DNA of 61,871 bases from positions 1 through 61,871 of the forward strand of contig DATEFB010000017.1 in assembly GCA_035280845.1 (NCBI GenBank), written 5' to 3'. The position numbers and the translations under genes are program-made. This DNA comes from Candidatus Saccharimonadales bacterium. Its GTDB lineage: Bacteria > Patescibacteriota > Saccharimonadia > Saccharimonadales > EFPC-124. The notes under the pieces are model-generated. The model did no database searches. It worked only from the letters and a program-made list of their open reading frames with translations, and had not been told where the DNA came from. Of this stretch, positions 8,922 to 17,152 are shown piece by piece (position 1 is the stretch's first letter; every line of letters begins with the position of its first letter).

Positions 8922-9836
8922 CTAGTTCTGGTGGTATTCGCTGATGGTACAGAAGCCCGTCGGGTTTTTATCGCACGCACCTACTTCTTCGAATTCGCTG
9001 CCATTGTATTTTTGGAACTCAATTGCCGCTGTTGCATTCGGCGTGTTTTTAATGAGCATGACAATGGTGGCTTCATTGGTATTCAGGTGCTCGGGCGATA
9101 GCGTCTCGGAATGCGCAAGCGCCTCGCCCGTGGCGCGGTAGGCGTATCCAACATGGTCGCCAACTTTCAGGTCGCTTAGCCGCAACGCGTCGGCCTTGTA
9201 GTAGATTTGCACGGCAGGGTCAATGCTGTTGAACGTCTTTGTGACGCGCTTTAGCTCCATGCCAATTGGGATGTCGGCCTCGAGCGTAATGCTGCTTGGG
9301 CTGATCGCTGTAATGGTGCTATCAATATATCCGCCCACGACACCGTTTCCTACGTGTTTAAGTTTTTGCTGCAGCACATCGGCTTGCGCATCCTGCTCAC
9401 AGTTACCAAGTACCATTTGCGTGACTTGCTCGTTGGTGAACTTGGACTCTTTTTTAATCAGGAAGTAGCGTGGTCCGCCGCGTTGGTCTTGCGGCTTAAG
9501 AATGGTGAAGGCGTTCGTCGTATGACAGTTAGTAGTCTCTACTTTTACGATGCGGCCGTTGGGCATTTGTTGTTCGCCACCAAACATTGCCGAGATATTT
9601 GGCCAGTTTACAACTGCTGCATATGCCGTGCCGCTGAGTGCCAGAGCGACAACAATGCCGGCCACGGCCATTGCGGGTTTATCGAGAAGTTTCATAAGTA
9701 GTTCCTTTGGGCTCAAGCGCCACCGGGGGCGTGGATGGGCCGAAATGTGGTCAGTTACAGTTTGTGTAAAGTCTGTGCGCAGCTGGCGCCGTGGCCTGGC
9801 GTTGCCAGCGCTGCGTAATTGCGTGTCCATATTCAT
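8922..9836 (-). CDS. putative anti-sigma factor / membrane-anchored extracytoplasmic protein
   Basis: Start trimmed to MNMDTQ. Its ATG overlaps the sigma-factor stop (ATGA). One TM (AMAVAGIVVALALSGTAYAAV) is followed by a roughly 220-aa external domain. Confidence 0.5.
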   Translation of the reverse strand: MNMDTQLRSAGNARPRRQLRTDFTQTVTDHISAHPRPRWRLSPKELLMKLLDKPAMAVAGIVVALALSGTAYAAVVNWPNISAMFGGEQQMPNGRIVKVETTNCHTTNAFTILKPQDQRGGPRYFLIKKESKFTNEQVTQMVLGNCEQDAQADVLQQKLKHVGNGVVGGYIDSTITAISPSSITLEADIPIGMELKRVTKTFNSIDPAVQIYYKADALRLSDLKVGDHVGYAYRATGEALAHSETLSPEHLNTNEATIVMLIKNTPNATAAIEFQKYNGSEFEEVGACDKNPTGFCTISEYHQN

Positions 9837-10357
9837 GACAACTCCTTTTTTAGATTTTGCTTTGCCCGCGCCATCCAAACTTTTACCGAACCTGTGGGCG
9901 CGGCAAGTACGGTGGCGATTTCTTGGTAGCTTAAGCCCTGCCAGTAGTACAAGCTGATGACACTGCGGTATTTTGGTCGGAGCCGAGCGACTGCGTCGTG
10001 CAATTCCTGCATTTCGGCCAGGTGGTCGGGCTGCGGATGGGGCGACGCAATGCTGGCGATCAACTCGTCGTCGGCAGCGGTTTCTTTGGCGGCTTTTCTA
10101 AGCCAGCTAAGGGCCTTGTTGGTGGCAATTTTAAAGAGCCAGGTGCTCAGGCGGTAGTGCGAATCATATGACCGCAATTTGTAATACGCCGTGATAAACG
10201 TATCCTGGGCAATGTCTTCGGCTGCGTCTTCGTTGCGCACAATGGCAAAACAGTGATGATACAAAGCGTTTTTATAACGGTCGACCAGTTGGGCATACGC
10301 CTCGTGGTCGGCGTTTAAGCTGCGAGCAATCAGCTCGTGTTCGTCTTTGTTTTGCAT
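9833..10357 (-). CDS. ECF-type RNA polymerase sigma factor (sigma-70 family)
   Basis: 174 aa. Region 2 is AEDIAQDTFITAYYKL..STWLFKIATNKA. Region 4 HTH is LSYQEIATVLAAPTGSVKVWMARAK. Confidence 0.9.
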   Translation of the reverse strand: MQNKDEHELIARSLNADHEAYAQLVDRYKNALYHHCFAIVRNEDAAEDIAQDTFITAYYKLRSYDSHYRLSTWLFKIATNKALSWLRKAAKETAADDELIASIASPHPQPDHLAEMQELHDAVARLRPKYRSVISLYYWQGLSYQEIATVLAAPTGSVKVWMARAKQNLKKELS

Positions 10358-10364
10358 ATCCTAC

Positions 10365-11345
10365 TTACGCATCGGAACCAGGAAAAGTTACAGTGCCGCC
10401 ACGTTTTATGGCGTCGCGTCCAAAACGCGAGATCCGATGCTCTTCAATTGCCGACCGCCAATCTTCCTTATGCTCATCCCAAGTCGAAAGTTTAATGAGC
10501 ATATTTGCCGTGAGCGTATCAAGCGTGGCTGTTTTGTTTGGGCTGTTTTCTTCCAGAATGTAGTCGGCGGTTTTGTTGAGCAGGCAGTCTAATGATCGGC
10601 CGGGCTTGCAGGGTGTGGGGCTGTAGGGGCAGACATGCAGGTCAAGGTCGCCATAAATCATGGCGATGTAATCAAAGTAGTCGTGGCGGTCGGTAGCGTT
10701 GTTAAGCCGGGTCTTGATTTGGGTCGGTTGTACGATTGGATCTTCGCCAAATGTATCGATGTACAAGTAGTCGTGGTTGTCGGCTGCAATACCAAAGTTG
10801 TCTTGCAGGGCAAGGCTGGGAATGAGTGTAATGTTCGGATGCCGCAGGCGGGCAATGAGTGTGCCGGCAATCAGCTCGGTGGCACGGCCGCGTAGCTCGC
10901 CCAACGTCTTGGTATCGGCGCGCATGTCACGGGAGCGCGCAAACTGGCTTCGAACGTCGCCAAGGAGCGCTAAATAGCTGCCGTAGATGCCTTCGCGGTG
11001 AAAGGCGGTATTTTCGCCCCTGCGTGCTGCATCAAAGTATTGGAGGAACGGTATCATCTCGCGGCCCCAGGTTGATTCAACAAAGCCCGATTCTTTGAAC
11101 CGGCCGGTATACAACTGCTCAAACCTCGCCTGGAAAAGCGCCTGCCGCCGCATGGCTGGGTTTGCTGCAGTGTCGAGGGCTTGTCGGGCGAGCTGCCGCT
11201 CCAGCTTTGCTTTGCCGACCAGTGGTGTGGCGTCATGAATTGGGAATCGATCGACAAAATGGAGCCAAAGCTCACCAGCAAGTGCCTGATCATGATCTCG
11301 GGTAAGGGGATGGGGTCGCCATAATTCAGCCATAGGACGCTCCAT
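10365..11345 (-). CDS. hypothetical protein, first gene of the ECF sigma operon
   Basis: 326 aa, no family recognised, ends 7 nt before the sigma gene. The segment ELIAG..DYLYID..VQPTQIKT loosely resembles a PD-(D/E)xK core (speculative). Confidence 0.5.
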   Translation of the reverse strand: MERPMAELWRPHPLTRDHDQALAGELWLHFVDRFPIHDATPLVGKAKLERQLARQALDTAANPAMRRQALFQARFEQLYTGRFKESGFVESTWGREMIPFLQYFDAARRGENTAFHREGIYGSYLALLGDVRSQFARSRDMRADTKTLGELRGRATELIAGTLIARLRHPNITLIPSLALQDNFGIAADNHDYLYIDTFGEDPIVQPTQIKTRLNNATDRHDYFDYIAMIYGDLDLHVCPYSPTPCKPGRSLDCLLNKTADYILEENSPNKTATLDTLTANMLIKLSTWDEHKEDWRSAIEEHRISRFGRDAIKRGGTVTFPGSDA

Positions 11346-11458
11346 TGTACCGTTATTCCTGAGCTCGGAGCAAGCGATTCGGCGCGAGAGAAGATAAGGA
11401 CTTGAATTTATTATGTTTTTATTGTATAATCTGCATAAACGTTTAAGAGGTAGCTTGG

Positions 11459-12565
11459 ATGACCAAGAAACTATTGCGCCGCCGGCGTTTAGCCCTGCTT
11501 TTACCCGGCCATAACGAAGAATTGATTATCGCAACGACCATTCGGTCGGCAGTTGCTGCCGGCCAGCCTCTTGAAGATATCTACGTGGTAGACGACGCTT
11601 CCAGCGACCGAACTCGCCAGGAAGCTATTAAAATGCTGCCCGCCGAGAACATTTTAACGGTGGAACACAGCGGTAAGGCCATGGCTGTTAAAAAAGCTAT
11701 CGCATACTTTAAGATCGAGCAGCGGTACGTCTGGCTGCACGTTGCCGACGCCGACAGCGTATTTGGCCCGGACTACTTCCGCATTTACCGCAGTAAGCTA
11801 CAAGGCCGCGAATATGCGGTAGCTGTTGGTTTTGTGCAGAGTCTTCGCGGTAACTGGATCTCGCGCTACCGTGCCTTTTGTTACACCTACAGCCAACATG
11901 TTATGCGCCGGTTGCAGGCTGCCTTCGGCATGATCTCGGTATTTCCGGGGCCAATCACCTGTTTTCGGACCGACATTATAAAGCACCTGGACTTCGTAAG
12001 CGACAGCTTTACCGAAGACTTTGATATTACCTTGCAGGTGCATCGCAAAAAACTAGGCAGGATCCGGTTTATCCCCCGTGCCGTCAACTACACGCAGGAC
12101 CCACAGACGCTGCGTGACTTTACTAAACAAACGCTTCGCTGGCAGCGCGGGTTCTTCCAGGGTATTCTGGCGCATAAGATTGGCACAAAAGTACAACCTA
12201 TCGACATGAGCATTATGTACCAGCTCGTCGAGGTGGCAGTGTACCTGTTGCAACTTGCCGTACTGCTGCCGACCGTTGCCTTTGTGACGGGTCAATGGTG
12301 GGTCGTGGGTCTGGTATTCCTGGTAGACTTCCTGATTATGGCTGTGACGGCGCTTATCAGCTCGGCTGTGATCCGTCGTCCATCAATAATGCTGTCACTG
12401 CCGTTGTTCTACATTCTGCGCTGGGTTGAGCTTGGCGTGTTCCTGTGGGCGATGGTAGAAGTTGTGATCTTACGCAAATTCCGCACCCGCCGCGAAGTTG
12501 GTTGGAGCGTAAAGGGCCGCCGCTATCAGATTAGCGCCGACGCCCTGCAAGACGTCGCCAACTAA
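11459..12565 (+). CDS. family 2 glycosyltransferase, processive type with C-terminal TM domain
   Basis: 368 aa. Motifs are VVDDASSD, HVADADS (DxD) and QTLRWQRG (QxxRW). Three to four C-terminal TM helices. Confidence 0.8.
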   Translation: MTKKLLRRRRLALLLPGHNEELIIATTIRSAVAAGQPLEDIYVVDDASSDRTRQEAIKMLPAENILTVEHSGKAMAVKKAIAYFKIEQRYVWLHVADADSVFGPDYFRIYRSKLQGREYAVAVGFVQSLRGNWISRYRAFCYTYSQHVMRRLQAAFGMISVFPGPITCFRTDIIKHLDFVSDSFTEDFDITLQVHRKKLGRIRFIPRAVNYTQDPQTLRDFTKQTLRWQRGFFQGILAHKIGTKVQPIDMSIMYQLVEVAVYLLQLAVLLPTVAFVTGQWWVVGLVFLVDFLIMAVTALISSAVIRRPSIMLSLPLFYILRWVELGVFLWAMVEVVILRKFRTRREVGWSVKGRRYQISADALQDVAN

Positions 12566-12569
12566 GAAC

Positions 12570-12621
12570 GCTCTAATAAAAAATAACCCGCTCGCCTGAG
12601 TGGGTTATTTTTTATTAGAGC
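12570..12621. terminator. long palindromic bidirectional terminator
   Basis: GCTCTAATAAAAAATAACCCGCTC-GCCT-GAGTGGGTTATTTTTTATTAGAGC is a 24-bp stem with one mismatch. It starts 5 nt after the GT2 stop and includes the sortase stop codon. Confidence 0.75.
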
Positions 12622-13202
12622 TTTTCGACGCGCGTAAAGTCGAATGTGAATATGTGGCGGTTCTCTGACCATAGCCCTGTGCACGTTTGTAGCGTCAGTG
12701 TGGGCTTTTGAGTGGCTGCAAGCACACTTGTATCTGTTGGTGATACAACGACGCTGCTGCGAAGCGTGTACACAAAGCGCAGGCCGTTCGATGTATGGAT
12801 GGCGATCTCGGACCCTGTTTTAAGCTGTGGTAGGCGGCCAAAGACGCGGTTTGTAGCATGTCCGTATATAAATGTATTACCGGTTGTGTCATTTGGCTCT
12901 GGCGTCATGGTGCCAAACATCGCCTGTGTGTCGCTAAGGGTCCAGCTACCATCGGCGGCATTGTATTGGCCGTCAATGACTCCGAGGCTGATACCTAGGC
13001 TGGGAACGCCAATATGCGTCGGATGCCCGTGCGTTACCGCTGGAGCGGGTACTGGAGCAGTAACAGTGGTCGCAGTGGTACTTGCCGTATTGGCAACTGC
13101 CTCGGCGATTGACCGTTGTTGCACAAATGCCGGGGTAATAACAGCAAGGCTGGCGAGCACGCCAACTCCGGCGGTTGCGGCAATATATTTAAGCTTGATC
13201 AT
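12615..13202 (-). CDS. sortase family transpeptidase
   Basis: 195 aa with an N-terminal anchor, catalytic His (FIYGH), the TLQTCTG Cys motif and a downstream Arg. Confidence 0.85.
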   Translation of the reverse strand: MIKLKYIAATAGVGVLASLAVITPAFVQQRSIAEAVANTASTTATTVTAPVPAPAVTHGHPTHIGVPSLGISLGVIDGQYNAADGSWTLSDTQAMFGTMTPEPNDTTGNTFIYGHATNRVFGRLPQLKTGSEIAIHTSNGLRFVYTLRSSVVVSPTDTSVLAATQKPTLTLQTCTGLWSENRHIFTFDFTRVEKL

Positions 13203-13224
13203 AATAATGTCCTTAAAACGTGGT

Positions 13225-13247
13225 GCGCCCCCGGCAAGCGGGGGCGC
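13225..13247 (-). terminator. terminator/attenuator hairpin between the LPNTG mini-gene and the sortase
   Basis: GCGCCCCCG-5 nt-CGGGGGCGC, a 9-bp stem. On the minus strand it is followed by ACCACGTTTT and then the sortase SD (AAGGA). Confidence 0.6.
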
Positions 13248-13256
13248 GAAAGGTGA

Positions 13257-13442
13257 TTAAACCTTAGCAGCGGCACGGCGCTTTGCAGCGGCTACAGTTG
13301 TAGCGACCAGTGCGGTAAGGCTAACCGTCAGTACAACCAATGCAGCGATAAACAGTGGGCGGAATGCGCCAGTGTTTGGCAGAACAGCCAAGGTGGCTGC
13401 ACTTGGTACGACGGTGCTAGCAGCAAGTACTTGACCTGACAT
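13257..13442 (-). CDS. 61-aa LPNTG sorting-signal mini-protein (putative sortase substrate)
   Basis: MSGQVLAASTVVPSAATLAV-LPNTG-hydrophobic stretch-KRRAAAKV. GGGAG SD with a 6-nt spacer. Lies immediately upstream of the sortase on the same strand. Confidence 0.65.
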   Translation of the reverse strand: MSGQVLAASTVVPSAATLAVLPNTGAFRPLFIAALVVLTVSLTALVATTVAAAKRRAAAKV

Positions 13443-13664
13443 AGCTAACTCCCTTTATGGTTTGTATAGAACTAGACATTTCGCGTCTAAAGGCCTTTCG
13501 GCCCAGAAAGGCGCACCTCACTAATTCTTATGCGCAGAATAACACTTTTATGATCTTTTGTAAAGTATATTTAATAATATGCTTATGCTCAATAAGTTAG
13601 TGTTGTTAATTTTATTGACGTTACAAAGAATTATTCTGTACAACTACTGAAGTGTGTCGGTAAA

Positions 13665-16600
13665 ATGATCGTAATGGAAACGCAGCCGCCACAAGGCACC
13701 AAACCCAATCTAGAGCACCTAAGGATTGTTGAAGATGTGCTAGGCGTGCCCCTCTTGCCAGAGCAGATTATGGGCATACCTGTGGATGACGGCTCGATCA
13801 GGAGTTTTGCGTACGATTCGGTTGTGCGCGCGCTGGATGCACGGACTGGCAATAGGCCGGGGCGTGGCCTGGCAGAGGGCGCCGCGCACGACCTAAGAGA
13901 AGACGGGCGCTTTCGTCGGCTTGCTGCCGAAGTGCAGGCGGCCAACGATACGCTCGTGAATTGGCACATACCCCCGGCTATGCCTGTCGATGCCGATACG
14001 CTAGAGACTGCGCGTGGCCGTTTTCAGTCCCGGGCTATGCAGGCGGTGGTAGAGCATGCTCAGCGCTCGCCGTCTGCTGTCGGGCCAGATGATAGTCCGT
14101 ACCGCAATGGACTACTCACCATGGCGCCGCCCGGGGCTGGCAAAACCGTCCTGCAGGCGCTGGCCGTCAATTACGCTGGCGTCGGCTTACCAATAAGCGA
14201 ATCTGACCCCCGCCGAAGAACCGGTGTCGGCATTCTAAACAGCCGGCTGCTCATACGTCAGGGGCTCGACGAAGACGAGACGCTGCAGCGTTTCACGAAA
14301 GCCGGTGACCGCGACATGCGCATCGGCGCGTACTTTAATGATCGCCGTGACGGGCATGATGAATACGATTTGTTGCTAACCACCCCGCGCTCATACGAAA
14401 AAGCGGTCAAAAGTGGTGCCATCAATCCCGAAACCACAGTACGTTATTTGTTGGATGAAGCTCACCGGGTTGCACTCGCCCCTGGAATGCAGAAACATAT
14501 GACCGAGTTTGATTCGGGCTTGTATATGTTTACGGCCACACCGGCAATTGCGGGAGGGCGGCGTGATTTGCGCAGACAATTCCCGCATTCCCAATTCGGC
14601 TCGTTACGGGAGTTTGTGGAGGACGGCATTTTAAGCCCCGTCCAATTGTTTACGTACCGTGCAGGCCCAGAGGCAGAGTCGGCGGGACGGCTGGCGGTTG
14701 GCCTGGCCGCGGACTACGTAAAAAGCGGGCGCAAAACCTTGGTCGTGTGTCAGCCTGGTGAGCATATAAAGCAGGCGCGGGATATTGCCCGGCAGCTCAA
14801 TACAATGCATGAACGGGGCGCTATTACACCACATGAACGTTTCGGCTTCGACGGCAACGAGATAGCATGCGCCATCGGCACATACCCAGGCTCTACGCCC
14901 GCAGAAGACATTGCCCGGTTCCGCGCTGGCGAACGACTTATTGCCACGACTGTCGCGACTGGCAACGAGGGCATGAACATTGCCGATCTGGATGCATTAA
15001 TTATTATTGGCCCGCAAGGTGCAACATGGGTGGTTGAGCAGTGGCTTGGCCGGATTCTGCGCCCCAGCGGCCGTTTGGCGGTAGCCTCAGAAATTTTGCC
15101 GCACGACCTGCGCGAGGGCCGGCCGCTCGCCTCTATCTTTGGTCCCTTTGGCTTGCACGACGAGGTAATTACCGCCGGGTATTACATTGGGCCATCACTC
15201 ATAACCGACGAGCTGCCCGAGCCAGGGGCTGGCAATGTACGTCTTACGCCACCAGGTCGTGAAAGGGTGGTGCAAACACCGTCTGAGTTTTCTGAGATTT
15301 CTGGTCGCCCCCTCGACACATCGGAATTTTTAGAACATAGCGCCTCCTCGAGCACCGGCCTGGCATTTTCTGATGGGTATCGCCCGCCTGCCGAGCTCGA
15401 GCCTTCGCTTGTAGCCGGTATTTCTGTGCGTGAAGCAACGATTGCTCCAGCCGATATGCTCAAAGCACCGCCGCCTGAATACGCACCGCTAACAGGGATC
15501 GCGCCTGAAGGCGTAGAGCTTGAATGGTTATATGCAATGATGGACAAGCTCGATGACCCTGCAATCCGCTACATTGGCGTGTGGGAGCCAGATGCCATGG
15601 GTGAGATGCAGTATTTGCGGTATTATTCGCCAGCCGCGCACACGTATTTTGATACCCATCCAATACCCGAGCTTGTTGGCGAGCAGGAATTCTTGGACGA
15701 AGAAATTGCCCGCATGCTTAACGTCTCACGCAAATTTGTGCGGAGCGTGCTAGACGGCAATGGTATCAAACCTCTGAACCGTATTACCAAGTATCACCGC
15801 AACCCCAATTATTACGGCCTCGATACGTATGCGCTGGTCGCGGCTGAAGTGGCCAAGATTCCCTTTGCTGAAGAGTCAGATGTTGCTGTTACGGACCTTG
15901 GCCGCGATATAAGCATTGATTTTATCCGGGGGTACATAAACCGTGGCGAAATAGTCGCGACGTATAAACGCAGGCACCCCACGTGGGGTGTTGTTGGCAC
16001 TGCCCAGCATATTTCGAGCCAGGACGCAGACATGTTGGTGGCCGGTTATAAGTCGCTTGAAGTTGCTGATCTTTCTCAGTTTGTCGGGTTTACCGAGATC
16101 GCTCGGATTGCGGGCGTGGCTATTTCGTCGGTTCTAAATAAGTGGAACGCACTGCCGGAAGCAGAGCGCCCGCCAACGCGGTGGCTGCGTTCTGCGCCAA
16201 AAGTCCGTCCCGCCCAATTTGTTGACAGGGCGTGGGGCGAGGCGTTTGCAGAAGTGCTCAAGCCAGAGAAGGTTTTACCTTGGGAAGCGACGCTCAGCAT
16301 GATTGCGCTGTACTTTGGCAAGCAAAAGCTCAACATGGGCAACATCATTAAGCGTCGGGATACACCCGAACCTGTGAATATCCCCTTGCCAGGCGTGAGC
16401 GAAACAAAAGTGTATCCAATGTCGGTCATTCTTGACTTGCGGCGTGAAGGCATGCCGGCCGCGCCAGACGCACCGCCAATTATTGCGTCACTGGTAGCGC
16501 TTGCACCCGAGGATGTCGCGGATGCTGCCAAGGTAGCGGCGAGCCAGAATATCCAAAAGTATTACATTTCCAAAGAACAGCTAGCCCGGCCTGATGAGAT

Positions 16601-17099
16601 TGGCTATTATGCTGGACGCCGTACGTCCCCGCCACAGTTGCCTTTGCCGTTTGCCGAAAAGCCAAGCGAGCCGGAAGTTGCCGAATCGCTGCCCGAACCT
16701 GATCCATTCCACACACTTGCCAGCGTCCGGCAGCAGTTTGGATGCACGCCGCATGCCTTTACGATCCTCATGCAACGGGCCGAGCTACCTGAGGACGAAA
16801 TCGTAATGGACGGCAATACTGTGATTGGTATTCGCGAGGGCGGGTTTGCGGCGCTCGATAGGCTCGCGGCCCGTATCGCCATTGCCCCGTCCGGTTGGGC
16901 CAGCCTGCCGATGGTTGGGCACGCTGCGGCGCGAAGCACTAAAGATGCTGTCATGGCGGCCCTTGCGCGGATAGAGCACAGGCGTGGATATGCCGCCAGT
17001 GAGGAGGAAGTGCTGCTATGCCGCAATGATTCAGAGGTAGAGCTATACTTCTCAGTGCCCATGAAGCGCGCAATCAGGCACGAGGTGATAGATGGATAG
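13665..17099 (+). CDS. large SF2 (DEAH, ResIII-like) helicase with a roughly 650-aa C-terminal extension containing HTH-like repeats
   Basis: 1144 aa. Motif I APPGAGKT, motif II LLDEAHR, motif III FTATP, motif V TVATGNEGMNI, motif VI QWLGRILR. The C-terminal tail has several excisionase/MerR-like HTH-looking segments. G+C is visibly above backbone but below the islands. Confidence 0.8.
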   Translation: MIVMETQPPQGTKPNLEHLRIVEDVLGVPLLPEQIMGIPVDDGSIRSFAYDSVVRALDARTGNRPGRGLAEGAAHDLREDGRFRRLAAEVQAANDTLVNWHIPPAMPVDADTLETARGRFQSRAMQAVVEHAQRSPSAVGPDDSPYRNGLLTMAPPGAGKTVLQALAVNYAGVGLPISESDPRRRTGVGILNSRLLIRQGLDEDETLQRFTKAGDRDMRIGAYFNDRRDGHDEYDLLLTTPRSYEKAVKSGAINPETTVRYLLDEAHRVALAPGMQKHMTEFDSGLYMFTATPAIAGGRRDLRRQFPHSQFGSLREFVEDGILSPVQLFTYRAGPEAESAGRLAVGLAADYVKSGRKTLVVCQPGEHIKQARDIARQLNTMHERGAITPHERFGFDGNEIACAIGTYPGSTPAEDIARFRAGERLIATTVATGNEGMNIADLDALIIIGPQGATWVVEQWLGRILRPSGRLAVASEILPHDLREGRPLASIFGPFGLHDEVITAGYYIGPSLITDELPEPGAGNVRLTPPGRERVVQTPSEFSEISGRPLDTSEFLEHSASSSTGLAFSDGYRPPAELEPSLVAGISVREATIAPADMLKAPPPEYAPLTGIAPEGVELEWLYAMMDKLDDPAIRYIGVWEPDAMGEMQYLRYYSPAAHTYFDTHPIPELVGEQEFLDEEIARMLNVSRKFVRSVLDGNGIKPLNRITKYHRNPNYYGLDTYALVAAEVAKIPFAEESDVAVTDLGRDISIDFIRGYINRGEIVATYKRRHPTWGVVGTAQHISSQDADMLVAGYKSLEVADLSQFVGFTEIARIAGVAISSVLNKWNALPEAERPPTRWLRSAPKVRPAQFVDRAWGEAFAEVLKPEKVLPWEATLSMIALYFGKQKLNMGNIIKRRDTPEPVNIPLPGVSETKVYPMSVILDLRREGMPAAPDAPPIIASLVALAPEDVADAAKVAASQNIQKYYISKEQLARPDEIGYYAGRRTSPPQLPLPFAEKPSEPEVAESLPEPDPFHTLASVRQQFGCTPHAFTILMQRAELPEDEIVMDGNTVIGIREGGFAALDRLAARIAIAPSGWASLPMVGHAAARSTKDAVMAALARIEHRRGYAASEEEVLLCRNDSEVELYFSVPMKRAIRHEVIDG

Positions 17100-17101
17100 G
17101 C

Positions 17102-17128
17102 TTGACTTTTCTGTAAAAAAGTTATAAT
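17102..17128 (+). promoter_or_regulatory. candidate sigma-70 promoter of the deacetylase gene
   Basis: TTGACT-15 nt-TATAAT, 24 nt upstream of the ATG at 17153. Confidence 0.5.
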
Positions 17129-17152
17129 ATAAAACAAATTGAGAATTTTACA

